Assembly (NCBI GenBank): GCA_001275005.1
Contig: JWZX01003351.1
Span: 1 to 50,022, forward strand
Origin: Chrysochromulina tobinii
Taxonomy: Eukaryota
Reading direction: 5' to 3'
DNA: 50,022 bases
Shown here: positions 19,703 through 31,209 of the stretch, in pieces
How the letters are laid out: the number at the start of each line of letters is the position of its first letter
How positions within the stretch are numbered: the first letter of the stretch is position 1
Position numbers and translations under genes: made by a program
The notes under the pieces: generated by a model
Database searches by the model: none
Seen by the model: the letters and a program-made list of their open reading frames with translations, nothing else
Told to the model about the DNA's origin: nothing

Positions 19703-22700
19703 ATGGAGGCTCGCACTCCGAAGTCGGCACGACCATGGCTGCAGAGCACGCCCATGGGTTTGACGCCTCGCGCGCCACCGCCATTTCCACTCTCAGACAC
19801 GTCCCGCAGCGACGCAGTGAGCAAAGGAGCGCTCGCGGGCCGGCTCCAACTCGACCGGACTGCACGCCTGCTGCTCCACCCTTCAGCGCCCGCATCGCCT
19901 CGCATGGACAGCCAGAGCAAGACCGCGAACGTGCCGCATGATGCTGCAGCAGCCGCCGCGGCAGCCACTTCGGCCGCCGCCAATGCGTACGGTCTGCCAA
20001 ACCCGGGCCTCGAAGAGCTCGGTGTCGCACAGCTCCGGCGGCCGCATGAGGCGGCGCACGACCCCGAGTTCTTGAAGAAGCTGCTGCACTTCGTGCGCCA
20101 GGAGTTGCGGCATGCGAACCCGGCGAGCGGGACATTCATCGATGACCGCCTCGGCGTCTTCCGCCGCGTTTTCGGCCACTTTATTGCGGCCAACGGATCG
20201 TACGCTCCACTGCTGCTCGCAGTGCAGGAGGCTTACGAGAGAGCGCTTTACGACGCGCGCGCGCGCTCGTCAGGCGTGGACGCGCTGTCGGAGCGGCTAG
20301 CACTCATGCAGGACGAGGCGCGTCAGCTGCTCGCCGCCCTGCGCGCCGACCACGCGGCCGAACGTGAGATGCTCATGACCCGGATCGGCGAGACGGAAAC
20401 GCGCGTGCACGCCGCCAATGGGGAGGTAGGGGAGCTGCGCCAGGAGGTGCAGCGACTGAGCGCAGAGCTGGCCAAGTCTCAGCGGCAGGTCCATGAGATG
20501 GAGCTCAAGAACGTCGAGCTCGGCAAGTCGGTTGAGCTATGGACGGGCGAGACTATGAACGCACGCCGGCAGGCACAGGCAGAGATGCACGAGATGATGA
20601 AGCTCAGGCAGGAGGTGAGGGAGATGAAGCTTCGGGAGACGACGCTGATCAACGACGACTTGGAGATGAAGAAGGAGCTGCACGAGGTCAAGAGTGCGTA
20701 CGACGAGCTGGTGTCTGCCACTGTGCCCAAGGAGGCTCATAAGCTCTCAATAGACACGGTCGCGCGCACACATGTGGAGCTTCGCACGATGAAGCAGGAA
20801 CGAGACGAGCTCACGCGTCTGCTCGCCGGCGGCGAGAGCCGGCTGATGTACCCGAACGGGCTCGACTGGGCTGCGGACTCGACTGCAGGCGTGCTCTACC
20901 TCGACCCAGGCTGGCGCGGCCAGCGCGTCGGCGCCGTCGTCGGCAGGCTCGTGCGCGACATTGTCGCGCTCCACTCTGCCCTTGAGGTCGCCAAGGCCGC
21001 CGCGGGCGGCGCAGCGGGCGGCGCAGCGGGCGCGTTGGCGCTCCCACCACCTCTCTTCAGCCTCGAAAGCAACGACGAGTATGGGGACTTCGAGCCAACG
21101 GCCACTGGCGCCGAGGCGGCTGAGGTGCTCTTCGAAGGTAGTGCCTCGGCGCCGCCGCAGCAACTCCGAAAGGAGGACAAGCCGGTCTCGGAGCTGCTCC
21201 TGAGGGGGCGCGTCTCGGAATTGGGCGACAAGGGCGGCAGCTCATTCGGCGGCCTGATCCGACTTCGGCCCGAGCAATGGCCACTCGAGGAGGTGCGCGG
21301 CGCCGTGCGCCGGCTCTGGCATGACCTGAAACGCAAGCTCGCGTCCATGCCGGGCGGGTTGAATGGCAAGCCGACGATAGGGAGTGAGGGTGTGACCGCG
21401 ATGGCGCTGCAGGAGCTCGTGGCCGCATTTCTCACGCAGCGACATCAAGCACTCGAGGAGGCTGCCGCCGCGTCCCAAGCCGTGTACACCGCCGCCGAGG
21501 CCGCCGTCGATGCGGCCTCCAGAGGGCGCCGACCCGGGGGCTATGGCGGCGTCTCGCACACGAAGAAGCCTATGCATCGTGGGCTGCTGTGCGCCGACAC
21601 GTACAACCTGCACGCGGCTATGTGGCGGCGCCGAGATCGCGAGCCCCAGGCTTCTATCTTTCTGATGGTGTGCCTCGGCCGCCTGCCCGCGGCCACATTT
21701 GCGGAGGTGCACAAGGCGCTGACGAGCTTGCACCGCACGGTCACAGCGGCGGCGACCAAGGAACGCGTGCCGCTCACGACAGTGCTCGAGAAGCTGCCGT
21801 CGGTGCTGCTGGGCGCCTCGGCCGCGCAGCGTAACCAACTCGTGCGTACGTTGCAGCGCGAGAGCGGCGGCGTGTCGGCCGAGTCGATCAAGGTGGAGCA
21901 CTTCGAGCCAGCACCTAAGGATCCGTGCGACGGTCACGGGCTCTCGCCTGCGCAGTGTGAGGTCCAAAGAGTCTTCCTCTGGATGGCGCTCACGCTCCGA
22001 GATGAGGTCGAGGCCTCGGTGCGTCGCTCGGCGCTCGCATTCCTCCTCGAAACGCGCCATCCAAACGCTCCAGTCAGCCATGCAGGCCTGCCCGGCGGCG
22101 GCGAGATCGACAACGCACTGCAGCTCGAAGCACGTCAGATGAGCCTGCCGCCGCACGTGCTGCGTGCCGCGCTGCTCCGGGTGGACGCTGCCACTCCCGA
22201 GCACGCGCTCACCGAGATGTTGACGCGCGTCTATGGAGCGGCCGCGCTCAAGGCGATCGAAGCTGCGCAGCGAGAGCAAACGTGGAGCCCGGAGGCGGCC
22301 GCGAAGGTGGAGGCGCTGATGGCGGACCTTGATCTGCCACTGGAGCAGCTACTCGCGCGCCTCTTCGCCGAGCCTCTGCGCCGCTTCTCTGCTCGCACGG
22401 ACACTGACCTCGCCGGTCAAATCGAGGCCGACCTACGAAAGGCGCACGCCAAAGCGTCTAAAGCGTCTAAGGGCAAGGGCAAGACAAAGGGAGGCGCGTC
22501 GACCGTGGCAGGAGTGCCGCGCCAGCTGCTCAAGGAGGCCATTCTCAAGGTCGACGGCGCCCGCCCGAGGTTTGAGGCGGAATGGCTCGCGAGCCGGTGT
22601 GTCGACGCCGCGCGTGCTGCGAGCGCCTCGACCGAGGGCCTCGCCGCTTCTGTGCAGGCCATGCCGCCCGACCAAGCGCCTCTCGAGCCACTCATCTATG

Positions 22701-22831
22701 CGCTCCAGCAGGAGCTTGTGCAGCCCACGTCACCACGCGTGGCCATCACAGCACCTACGCGACCAGGAAGCCCGGTGGCCGTAAGCTCCGCGCCCGGGAG
22801 CCCTCGGACCGAAAGCCCCGGGCCCGTGTGA
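19703..22831 (+). CDS. Coiled-coil protein with a TSNAXIP1-like N-terminal domain
   Basis: FLKKLLHFVRQEL...RLGVFRRVFGHFIAANGSYAPLLLAVQEAYE followed by a long heptad region; 1042-aa ORF. Confidence 0.7.
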   Translation: MEARTPKSARPWLQSTPMGLTPRAPPPFPLSDTSRSDAVSKGALAGRLQLDRTARLLLHPSAPASPRMDSQSKTANVPHDAAAAAAAATSAAANAYGLPNPGLEELGVAQLRRPHEAAHDPEFLKKLLHFVRQELRHANPASGTFIDDRLGVFRRVFGHFIAANGSYAPLLLAVQEAYERALYDARARSSGVDALSERLALMQDEARQLLAALRADHAAEREMLMTRIGETETRVHAANGEVGELRQEVQRLSAELAKSQRQVHEMELKNVELGKSVELWTGETMNARRQAQAEMHEMMKLRQEVREMKLRETTLINDDLEMKKELHEVKSAYDELVSATVPKEAHKLSIDTVARTHVELRTMKQERDELTRLLAGGESRLMYPNGLDWAADSTAGVLYLDPGWRGQRVGAVVGRLVRDIVALHSALEVAKAAAGGAAGGAAGALALPPPLFSLESNDEYGDFEPTATGAEAAEVLFEGSASAPPQQLRKEDKPVSELLLRGRVSELGDKGGSSFGGLIRLRPEQWPLEEVRGAVRRLWHDLKRKLASMPGGLNGKPTIGSEGVTAMALQELVAAFLTQRHQALEEAAAASQAVYTAAEAAVDAASRGRRPGGYGGVSHTKKPMHRGLLCADTYNLHAAMWRRRDREPQASIFLMVCLGRLPAATFAEVHKALTSLHRTVTAAATKERVPLTTVLEKLPSVLLGASAAQRNQLVRTLQRESGGVSAESIKVEHFEPAPKDPCDGHGLSPAQCEVQRVFLWMALTLRDEVEASVRRSALAFLLETRHPNAPVSHAGLPGGGEIDNALQLEARQMSLPPHVLRAALLRVDAATPEHALTEMLTRVYGAAALKAIEAAQREQTWSPEAAAKVEALMADLDLPLEQLLARLFAEPLRRFSARTDTDLAGQIEADLRKAHAKASKASKGKGKTKGGASTVAGVPRQLLKEAILKVDGARPRFEAEWLASRCVDAARAASASTEGLAASVQAMPPDQAPLEPLIYALQQELVQPTSPRVAITAPTRPGSPVAVSSAPGSPRTESPGPV

Positions 22832-23669
22832 CGCTCGCGTGTCTTGAGCGGATGATAGGCCAAGGGAGCCCAGCGCTGCAGGAGGCCTCAAGCGTCGCGG
22901 CACATGGCAAGGACCTAGTCCTCTGTTGCGCCCTCGTCACCCGGTGTGCCTCGCAACCATCCGCCACGAGAAACGCGCCGAAAACACGTCTCTATCTTTT
23001 TCTAACACATCTTCGTCGGGTCGGATACGAACACGGATCACGGCCATAGCCGCGTGTACTAGTCCGGCGGGGAATCCTTCGGGCGAATACCGCGATCATC
23101 CGCGCCGCTGGGGGGGGCGACCCGACGTGCGAGGGGAGCTACAACCCGGAGTATACCCTGTAAGCGGAGGTGGGACGGAGTGTAGATGCTAGATCCAACA
23201 CTCCGCTCTAACCAGCAAACCAGGCCGCCATCGCATACACATAATAATATAGCCACAAATTCATGGACGGACGCCACACACGAGCATAGCACACCCAATC
23301 ACCATCATCTCATGGCACCTGATCATCATGCCAAACGCCACGACATGCCACCATGCACACCACCAGCAAAGCAACCGAGCGCACAGGTTGCGCCGAGCCT
23401 CTCCACTGCTTCCACACGCGCTGCATGCACAGGCCACGGCGCCGCTTGCCTCTCTTCGAAGCGGCAGGCGAGAAGCGGTTGGCCGTTGCGGTTGCCATCG
23501 GCGCCCTCACGCGAAGGCACCGAGCCGACCGCACAACCGCCTCGGCGAATAATGGGCAAAGTGAGGCGGGCCCAACCGCCAGACAAGGTCTGCGGGAGGG
23601 CTATGACGCGCGGCGACCACATCACAGCACCCAACTGCGGCTGCCAGAGCGCCACGCGGGCGGCAGCGC

Positions 23670-24653
23670 TCAGGCGGCGGCACGAAGTGATGCGGTGGAG
23701 AACTGCGTCGTGGGCCGTCCGGATCGGGAGCGCTTCGGTGAGTACGACGTTTGCTCGTCCAGCTCCGAGGGGTCGCGATTTTGCGATCCTGCCGAGCCAA
23801 CGCGCACCTCACCGAGCTCTTCTGCCGCGGCTATGCTGGGCGAGTACATCCCCTTGCGCTTGAACTCGTCCGCCTCGATCGGTACCGCTCGCGGAGCGGA
23901 GTTCAACGGCGAAAGGGTCGGCGTATTGTGCGTGCCTGTCGCGCGGTCGCTGTCGCCGGCGCCTGTATCGACGGAGGCAGGCTTCGGGTACGGCACCTGC
24001 GACGCCCCCCTGAGGGACGAGCTATGATACGGCGCGTGCGCGGAAGCGGAGGTGGAGGCGTCATAGTCGGAGTTGGTCCCCGTCCGGTGCAGCGGCGAGC
24101 TCGCACCGTAAGGCGCCGTCGAGTCCTGCGACGTTACATCGCCATCCGAATCGCCGTCCTGCTGGTTGGGGGGTCGCATCGCCCACTGGCCACCACCGGT
24201 GCGCGTCGGCTGCAGGCAGCGGCGGTGCTGGCACGCTTGCTTCTTCACCCCCGCGCCGCCAAACTTGGGCTTGTCGCGGCAGTTGGGGCACCGGCCACAG
24301 TCTGCTCTCCTGCAGCCCTCGCAAGCGCCGCAGCGAAGCACGCGGTCCACCTTGACGACGGCGCGCTTGCTTACGGAGCCCGGTGTGTTCGCCGGCGACT
24401 GCAGTGAATGTGGCGAGCGCGCGCCTTCGTTCGACGCAGGCAGCACCGCCTGAGGCAGTGTCAGGTCAGGCGGCTCTGCAGAGGTCTGGCCAGCTTCTTC
24501 TCTTGGCGGCCGGCTGGAGAACATGAGGAGCAGCGCGGCCGCGTCATCGTCCATCTCCTGTGGAGGCGCGTCGGGTTCAGTGCATTTGAGCTGCGGCGAC
24601 GGCTCGAATGTGATCTGCTCGCTGCATTCAAGGGAGGCCGACTCGCTCCCCAT
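23670..24653 (-). CDS. CXXC zinc-finger protein (KFGG-type CpG reader)
   Basis: [40 protein letters not shown]. Confidence 0.9.
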   Translation of the reverse strand: MGSESASLECSEQITFEPSPQLKCTEPDAPPQEMDDDAAALLLMFSSRPPREEAGQTSAEPPDLTLPQAVLPASNEGARSPHSLQSPANTPGSVSKRAVVKVDRVLRCGACEGCRRADCGRCPNCRDKPKFGGAGVKKQACQHRRCLQPTRTGGGQWAMRPPNQQDGDSDGDVTSQDSTAPYGASSPLHRTGTNSDYDASTSASAHAPYHSSSLRGASQVPYPKPASVDTGAGDSDRATGTHNTPTLSPLNSAPRAVPIEADEFKRKGMYSPSIAAAEELGEVRVGSAGSQNRDPSELDEQTSYSPKRSRSGRPTTQFSTASLRAAA

Positions 24654-25303
24654 TGTAAAGCGCTAAAGCGGCCGCCTTATCGGGCCGCCGACGAAAAAAG
24701 TCGTTTTCTTTTCGCCGCCAGGTCGAGTTCGAAACGTTTCACAGTCCAGGGCTTGAATTAATGACAGATAGACAAGAAGAAACTCACACCGCAATGCTTG
24801 CTTGCTCACACCGATCTCAGCTTGCTTGTTTGGGTGCGAAGAGCTGCGTTTGCCCCGTGGCTGACCCCGCCATTTTGGTTTTTGCGATGCCGCATCATGA
24901 TCATCCGAACGATGCCCGGGCCAACGAACATCACATCTTCCCGACGAGTGATCGAATCCTGGCCCGGGCGCTTCCCGAGCGCCGGGAAAGTATCATATTA
25001 GTAGAGCAACAAGTCTAATCTATTTAGTAACCCGTGCACCAGGTTCATGTCGGCACATCATCGCAGCCTCCAAGCTCCATGTGCCACGGGATATGATTCG
25101 CGAAACTCTGTCGTGCACATGCAGGCATGACAACCTCCTTCTCCTCGCTCCCTGCTCTCGTCTTTCGAGAGCACGAGCTATCCGCACACGCGGCTCGCGC
25201 TCGCTCTCCGGATGTCCGGGTCTGATGAGCCTCCGCGCATACGAGTACGAGTACGCGCGTTGACTCCGGCGGCAAATGGCACATGGCTTTCGAACTCCGA
25301 AGT

Positions 25304-26167
25304 CTACATCCATCCCTGCTCCTCCTGCGCATCCCTCGCGAGCTCAGCAACCCGCTCGGGTCGCGCCCGGAGAAAGCCGAGACGTTTCGAGTCTCGAAGC
25401 TGCCCCACCCTGGTGCCGCGCTTTGCTACGTGCCGCGAGTCGGTGAACATGACTCCGACGTCCTCGATCGAGCACCGCCAGTCAGAAAAAAACGCGGCGC
25501 AATCCGCAGCCATCTCCATGCACTCGCGTGGTGACCTCGCCAAGTTAGGCAGCATCGACGTCCGAAGGAGCACACGCGAGCCGCTGCCCTCGCGCACCTG
25601 GAACCAAAGGTCGCTCCCACGACAAATCCGGCGCAGCAGCGCGTCCTTGAACGAGCGCCTGGCGATCAGGATCGGCACGCCACGTTGGCTCTCGATCACA
25701 AGCCCATCGAAACCATCGGGCCGGCCCCACTGGCTGCGCGCCATCGCCTCCACGTCAAAGCTCTGGAGCCGCGCAGCCAAACCAAACTCTTCCATCTCGC
25801 GGCGAAGCATCGAGAGTGGCGCATCACGCGTACGTAAGCAGCCGAGCATCTCAGTGAGACGCTCGTTTGCAGCGTCTGCTTCGGCAAGGCGCACCGGGAG
25901 CTGCTCAAGCGCCTTTGCTGCTTTGCTGCGCGCCTTTGAAGCTTTGTCTTCGTCAGCCAAACCCACCAATGTTTGAGGCTCTTGATGCCGCTCGAGCTGC
26001 TGCTCCAGTGCAACTCTTTTGCGATGTGTTCCCTTGAGAGCCTCTTCTAAAACTCCTCGTAAGAGCCGGCGCTCTTCCGAGACGCTCAAACAAGACATGG
26101 ATGCTGATGCACGCAACCCACTGGACCATGGTGCCATCGCTCCGCAGACGATTTTGATGCGCATCAT
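25304..26167 (-). CDS. NFACT RNA-binding (DUF814-like) domain protein with an N-terminal coiled coil
   Basis: GVPILIAR...DLWFQVREGSGSRVLLR...EMAADCAAFFS...VMFTDSRHVAK. Confidence 0.75.
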   Translation of the reverse strand: MMRIKIVCGAMAPWSSGLRASASMSCLSVSEERRLLRGVLEEALKGTHRKRVALEQQLERHQEPQTLVGLADEDKASKARSKAAKALEQLPVRLAEADAANERLTEMLGCLRTRDAPLSMLRREMEEFGLAARLQSFDVEAMARSQWGRPDGFDGLVIESQRGVPILIARRSFKDALLRRICRGSDLWFQVREGSGSRVLLRTSMLPNLARSPRECMEMAADCAAFFSDWRCSIEDVGVMFTDSRHVAKRGTRVGQLRDSKRLGFLRARPERVAELARDAQEEQGWM

Positions 26168-26733
26168 GCCGAAGGCCGGTCGGGGTTTCGCTCACGAGAC
26201 TTCCGAGCATTTTCGCGTCCGCCACGTTGGGAAGTCCTTTTCACGGAATGTGAAAATCGGCATCCATCTCGGATCCAGTAGGAAGTAAGGAGGGCACGCA
26301 GGATTAGGTGTCGAGGAGGGGCGTGGCCCTCAAGGTTTTTTTCGTTGAGGTTTCGCCGGTCGTGCGCCCCGGGCGCGTACATTTCAGCGCGCCATTATGC
26401 ATTTCTCAGAATGATTGCAGAATGCCGTTGCCGATGGAAAGTGACTCGAGCTGCGAGCAGGATTTTATAAACCACACACCGAATGGTTGCTGCCAGTACT
26501 ACTCGTAACTCGACGCGTTTTCGGTTTTGCTGGGTCCTATCGGAAGGTATCGCTAATCGGGCGCGTTAAGTATCGCGCGGCCGTGCACTGTATAATAATA
26601 TTCGGGCAAGATCGTGCCGGCTCAGACCGGACGTGGACAACCCCTGAACCTCTCAACTCGGAACTCAACTCGGCGCCGGCCCGCCGGGCGTCTGCGGTCT
26701 CAAAGAATTCACACCTTTTCGCTTTTCTACATT

Positions 26734-27537
26734 CTACAATTGACTGCGCACCGCATCGTACGTGCCAAAGATGACGGCCTGGCCGAGCCCAATCTTCCAC
26801 GCGCGCGCGCTCAAGCCGCGCGCGAAGGCGCCCAGCCCTTCGGAGGCGACGAGCTCGCGCACGGCGACGAGCGTGCCGCCGCTGCCCGCCGTGAGCGGAG
26901 TCGCCTGCATGTGCGTCTTGACCACATCGACCGGGTTTGTGAGCATCACGCTGAAGACGCCCGCACAGCCGCCGGCGAGAACCGCCGGCGCGGGCGCCTG
27001 CCACGCCGTGAGATAGGTCTTCATCTGTTCGAAGACGGCGAAGCGCGCGCCGTTGGCAACCATCTGCCTCGCTGCCGTTGGGCCGGCGCCTAGCCAGAGG
27101 CCGGTGACACCCTGCTGTGCGAGCACGCGTGCAGCCGCGCGGGCCACCGATGCGGTGCCGCCTGAGCCCGCCGCACCGCCCACCTCCGTCTGGCGCAGCA
27201 CCTTGAGCCGCTCTGTTGGAGCAACCCACACCAGCGCCTCGACAAGGCCGGCGAGTGTCCCCGCCAACAAGGCGTTGCCTGTGCGACTGCGAAACTCCTC
27301 ATAGGCTACGTAGCGCAGGGCTGTCTTGCCAGCCACCTGCGCGATTGCCGGCTGCATGCCGTAATAGAGGCCGCCGACGCCGGCACGTCGAATCGTGTCT
27401 GCCATCGACGCCAGCATGCCCGGTGGCCCGCACTTGAGCTGCAGGCGATTCTTGGTGACTTCGAAAGGCATTGTGACGACCGTCTCCACGCTACCCGCAC
27501 CCGCGCCCGCTACGAGGGCTTTGTGCGAGTCGCGCAT
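26734..27537 (-). CDS. Mitochondrial carrier (SLC25), tricarboxylate/dicarboxylate-like
   Basis: Three Px[DE]xx[KR] motifs: PFEVTKNRLQ, PTERLKVLRQ, PVDVVKTHMQ. Confidence 0.93.
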   Translation of the reverse strand: MRDSHKALVAGAGAGSVETVVTMPFEVTKNRLQLKCGPPGMLASMADTIRRAGVGGLYYGMQPAIAQVAGKTALRYVAYEEFRSRTGNALLAGTLAGLVEALVWVAPTERLKVLRQTEVGGAAGSGGTASVARAAARVLAQQGVTGLWLGAGPTAARQMVANGARFAVFEQMKTYLTAWQAPAPAVLAGGCAGVFSVMLTNPVDVVKTHMQATPLTAGSGGTLVAVRELVASEGLGAFARGLSARAWKIGLGQAVIFGTYDAVRSQL

Positions 27538-27580
27538 TGGTACAGGAACTGCTTCCGATCTTTGTCAAGCCCATGCCAGG

Positions 27581-27594
27581 CAAGTCAAGTCAAG
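27581..27594. repeat. (TCAAG)n microsatellite
   Basis: caagtcaagtcaag; the reverse complement (TTGAC)n occurs at 35317-35339. Confidence 0.8.
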
Positions 27595-27965
27595 CACCGC
27601 GCCACCAAGATTCGGCTGAGAAAAGACTGACAAGATAACACGCACAAGACCCGCTTGAAATTCGTCCGTCACGAGGAACTTGAACTTTCCCCACAACAAA
27701 AATGAAAAATGGTCTCTCGGCTCGAGATCCATTTATTATCTGTGCGGTGCGACACCTCGAGCTCGCCGTCGCCCTTCGCGCGCGCACCATGGCTGGAGTG
27801 GCAGCGATGAGGAGCAGGGGGGTGGGGAGGTGGCGCAGATCCATGCGATTGCTGCTGATGGCCTGAAGTGCCATAGCCTCTTTGGATATCAGCTGCTCGC
27901 CCGGCCGTCGTCGCTCTCGAAGTCCTAATTGCGTCCTGCCCACCCTTTTGCTCGCAGTCGTAGTC

Positions 27966-28718
27966 ATGATCGCCGCTCTTGCCATGCAGACGACCGCGTT
28001 CCAGGCGCCGGCCCTTAAGGCCCCAACGCGCGCCGTCGGCGCCTCCATGTTCGCGGAGGGCGACATTGGCGTCACCCTGCCGCTGGGCGTGTACGACCCG
28101 CTTGGCCTCATCGAGACCAAGGACATGCGCCGCTTCGAGATCATGGAGATCAAGCACGGCCGCGCGGCCATGCTCGGCTTCCTCCACGTGGTCCTCATCC
28201 ACGCTGGCGTCCGCCTGCCGGGCTACCTCTCCGCTGTCAACGGTGCGCAGTGCACTGACTGGCCGCAGCTTCCTCTTCATCTACTGCTGCAGCACGCGCG
28301 CCGTCGACCGCCCCTCGCCGGTCGTTGCACGCCTTGACCCTCGACTGCCCGCGTGCTCCGCGCAGATCTCAAGTTCTCGGACATGCCCGTTGGCTGCTTT
28401 GCCTCGCTCGAGGCGACGCCGACGCTCGGCTGGTTGCAGATCATGGCCTTCACCTGCGCTTCGGAGACGGGCTATGCGGGCACCACGTCGGGGCTGGTGA
28501 AGCAGTCGGCCTCCAAGGCGCCGGGCGACATCGGCGGCTCCCAGTGGAAGCGGTACTCCGATCCCGCGGAGAAGGCCTTCAAGCTCAACGTCGAGCGCAA
28601 CAACGGCCGTGCGGCCATGATGGGCATCACCGGCTGCCTCGTCCACGAGCTCCTCGGCGTCGACGCCCTGTACCCGACCGGCGGCCTGGGCGGTGCCGCG
28701 CCCGCGGCGATCCTGTAA
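27966..28718 (+). CDS. Chlorophyll a/c (fucoxanthin)-type light-harvesting complex protein; 2 exons (27966-28242, 28366-28718)
   Basis: PLGVYDPLGL; EIKHGRAAMLG; ERNNGRAAMMG; leader with TTAF. The intron AACG|GTGCGC...GCGCAG|ATC joins the frames. Confidence 0.95.
28243..28365 (+). other. Spliceosomal intron (123 nt, phase 1)
   Basis: Removal gives GYLSAVNDLKFSDMP, a typical LHC sequence. Confidence 0.9.
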
Positions 28719-29496
28719 GTAGGTCGCGAGGGCTCTTCTGTGCTGCGCTGCGATGTGGCCGGGCGCGCGTCGCGGGAGATATGTTGGCGTGCGCGAAGCC
28801 ATGAAAACGGAGTGAGAGTCAGAGGGGGACAGCGACGATGAACGCGTGTCGACCGTATCTAGAGCCACGGGCCTTCTGCGCCCCGTTGTCTTTGTGCTGT
28901 TGCGCAGCATGGAATTGAAAGACGACACACAAGACTAGCTTATTTTTTCGTGCGGAACCGCGCGGTATGCCGCCTAATGTCGCAGCTGCCTCGCCGGCGG
29001 GCGGCGGGGCGCGGCCGGGGGAGCCGGGGGCCCGCGCCCGGGCGGATTACCGAGCGCGCGCGCAGACCCCGCGCGCGCAGCACGTCAGTCTACGACGACC
29101 CCGCCGCACGCGTCACGCCCCGGCCCGACCGCACGCACAGGCGCACTGACACCCGAAAGGAAGCCCGTCTCGCGTGCGTCGACTCGGCATGCCGGACCGG
29201 ACGGGCGCATGCACGCGAGGTATCAGCGCCACGCGCACCGTCCATCCGTTCCATTCGAACTCCTGCGGCGGCGCGGCACCGGGGCCGGGGGCGGACTCCA
29301 ACTTGCGGTGCTCTTTGGGAGCAAGGCAACCACTGGGCGGGCAGCGTAGACCGAGAGCCACCATCAGCACGACACGCTGAGCGCAGGCCGCGCCGTCCGT
29401 TGCGCCCGACTGCGGGGGCACAATAATGCATCGAGATCATTGAGGGACAGTTCGGATCCGGTCGACGGCAATCGGCGGCTATGATCAGCGTGGATC

Positions 29497-31209
29497 CTAC
29501 AGCCACCTGCTTCCCGCCGGAGGCGGCGAGCTCGTCTGGTGTGCGGTGAGATCGCGGCAGATGGCATCGTTGGCGTAGAAGGGGAGCATACTTTCGAAGA
29601 TTGCGACACTCACGAGCGCCGCGAGAGGGATGGTGACCGCCCAGCCAATGAGAATCTTGGTGAGCATCCCGAAATTGAGCTCCGCGTCGCGCGCGGCACG
29701 CATCTTCGCGACGAGGCCCACGCCGATAATCGAGCCGACGAGGCAGTGCGAGGTCGAGACCGCCAGCCCGAGGACCGTTGAGAGGAGCACTGCGATCCCG
29801 GTGCCCATCTGCACCGCGTACGAGCGCGAGGGCGTGAGCTTCGTGATCTTGGAGCCGACCGTGGTGATCGTGCGATCGCCCAGCACCAGGATGCCCAGCA
29901 CGAAGCCGGACGCGCCGAGCAAGAGCACCCAGGGAGGGATCTCGGGGATCGCGTTGATGTCGCCAGATGGCCACGAGAGCGCGACCAGCAGCGCCGCCAG
30001 GGGGCCGATTGAATTGCCCAGGTCGTTCCCGCCGTGCGCGAACGCCACGGTCATGGCAGAGAGGATGAGCAGCGGCACAAACGGGCGCTCCTCCTCCGCC
30101 ACTACGGGGAGGCCGTCGCCCTCTCCGCTCGCGCCACCTTCGACGTCTTCTCGCGCCAAATGGCCCATGCCTGCTGCCTTGTCGCCATACCTTTCCGCTA
30201 AATGCCTGATGCTGCCGCTGCCACCGTCGCGCACGCGCAAGATGAGGTCCCGATCCGGCGGTGGCTCCTTGTTGGTGCGGCAGAGCAGCCCGCCCAGGAA
30301 GCCCACCACGTCCAGGCCACCTGGGTGGCTCGACGTCTTCTTCACGGGCGACCCCTCCGGCTCGCTATCGCTCTCGGTCGCCGGACCTTCTGGGGGGCCC
30401 CAGAGGGGCGCGCCGGTGCCATGGCTCTTCGACGAGCTGGGCGTGCTGCTCAGCATCTCAAGACCGCTCGCTTGAGCGCTGGGGCGGCGGGCGGCGCAGC
30501 ACGAGGCGACGATGGCCACGAAGATTCCAAGGGCGGCCGACGCGCCCACGGCACGCTCAAGCGGGTGGATGCGGAGGACGGCGGGCCCGGCGACGACGAG
30601 GAAGGCGGCGGCGATGAAGACGGTGGCGGCGATGAGCACGGGCTGCAGCGCGTGCGCGCTGCGCGCAGGGTCCGCCGTCTCGTGCACCGCACACGAAATG
30701 AGCCCGTACAGCAGACCGGACGTGATGCAGCCTGTCATCGGGCTCGCGACCCAAGCGATGAGTGTGGCTGTGAGTGGTGCGACGCCGAGCGAGCTCACGC
30801 CGTGCGCTGCGATGCCCACGGCCGCGAGACCGCTGATGACGCCGTGCGTCGCCGAGATGGGTAGCCCGTAGAGCGTCGCGAGCAGAGTGGTCGAGCCGGT
30901 ACCCCCGAGCACACTGAGCATGCCCACGCCGAACAGGAGCACGCCTTCGCAGCCGTCGGCCGCAAATGAGGAGGGCTCGATGACGCCCTTGGCGATGGAC
31001 TTGGCGACGAACGAGCCGAGCGAGACTGCGCCCGCAAACTCGGCGATCGCGCCGAAGAGGATGGCCTGTTTGAGTGTGAGCGCGCCCGCGCCGTACGAGG
31101 TGCCGACCGAGTTGGCAATGTCGTTGGCGGCGTTGGAAAATGCGACCACCAGGCAGCCGAAGATGCCGAGGATGACGAGCTCCGGCCGCTCCTCTAACTC
31201 GGCAAACAT
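29497..31209 (-). CDS. PHO4/PiT (SLC20) inorganic phosphate transporter
   Basis: AANDIANSVGTS and FAHGGNDLGNSIGP signatures; GLPISATH, VSTSHCLVGS. Confidence 0.95.
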   Translation of the reverse strand: MFAELEERPELVILGIFGCLVVAFSNAANDIANSVGTSYGAGALTLKQAILFGAIAEFAGAVSLGSFVAKSIAKGVIEPSSFAADGCEGVLLFGVGMLSVLGGTGSTTLLATLYGLPISATHGVISGLAAVGIAAHGVSSLGVAPLTATLIAWVASPMTGCITSGLLYGLISCAVHETADPARSAHALQPVLIAATVFIAAAFLVVAGPAVLRIHPLERAVGASAALGIFVAIVASCCAARRPSAQASGLEMLSSTPSSSKSHGTGAPLWGPPEGPATESDSEPEGSPVKKTSSHPGGLDVVGFLGGLLCRTNKEPPPDRDLILRVRDGGSGSIRHLAERYGDKAAGMGHLAREDVEGGASGEGDGLPVVAEEERPFVPLLILSAMTVAFAHGGNDLGNSIGPLAALLVALSWPSGDINAIPEIPPWVLLLGASGFVLGILVLGDRTITTVGSKITKLTPSRSYAVQMGTGIAVLLSTVLGLAVSTSHCLVGSIIGVGLVAKMRAARDAELNFGMLTKILIGWAVTIPLAALVSVAIFESMLPFYANDAICRDLTAHQTSSPPPAGSRWL

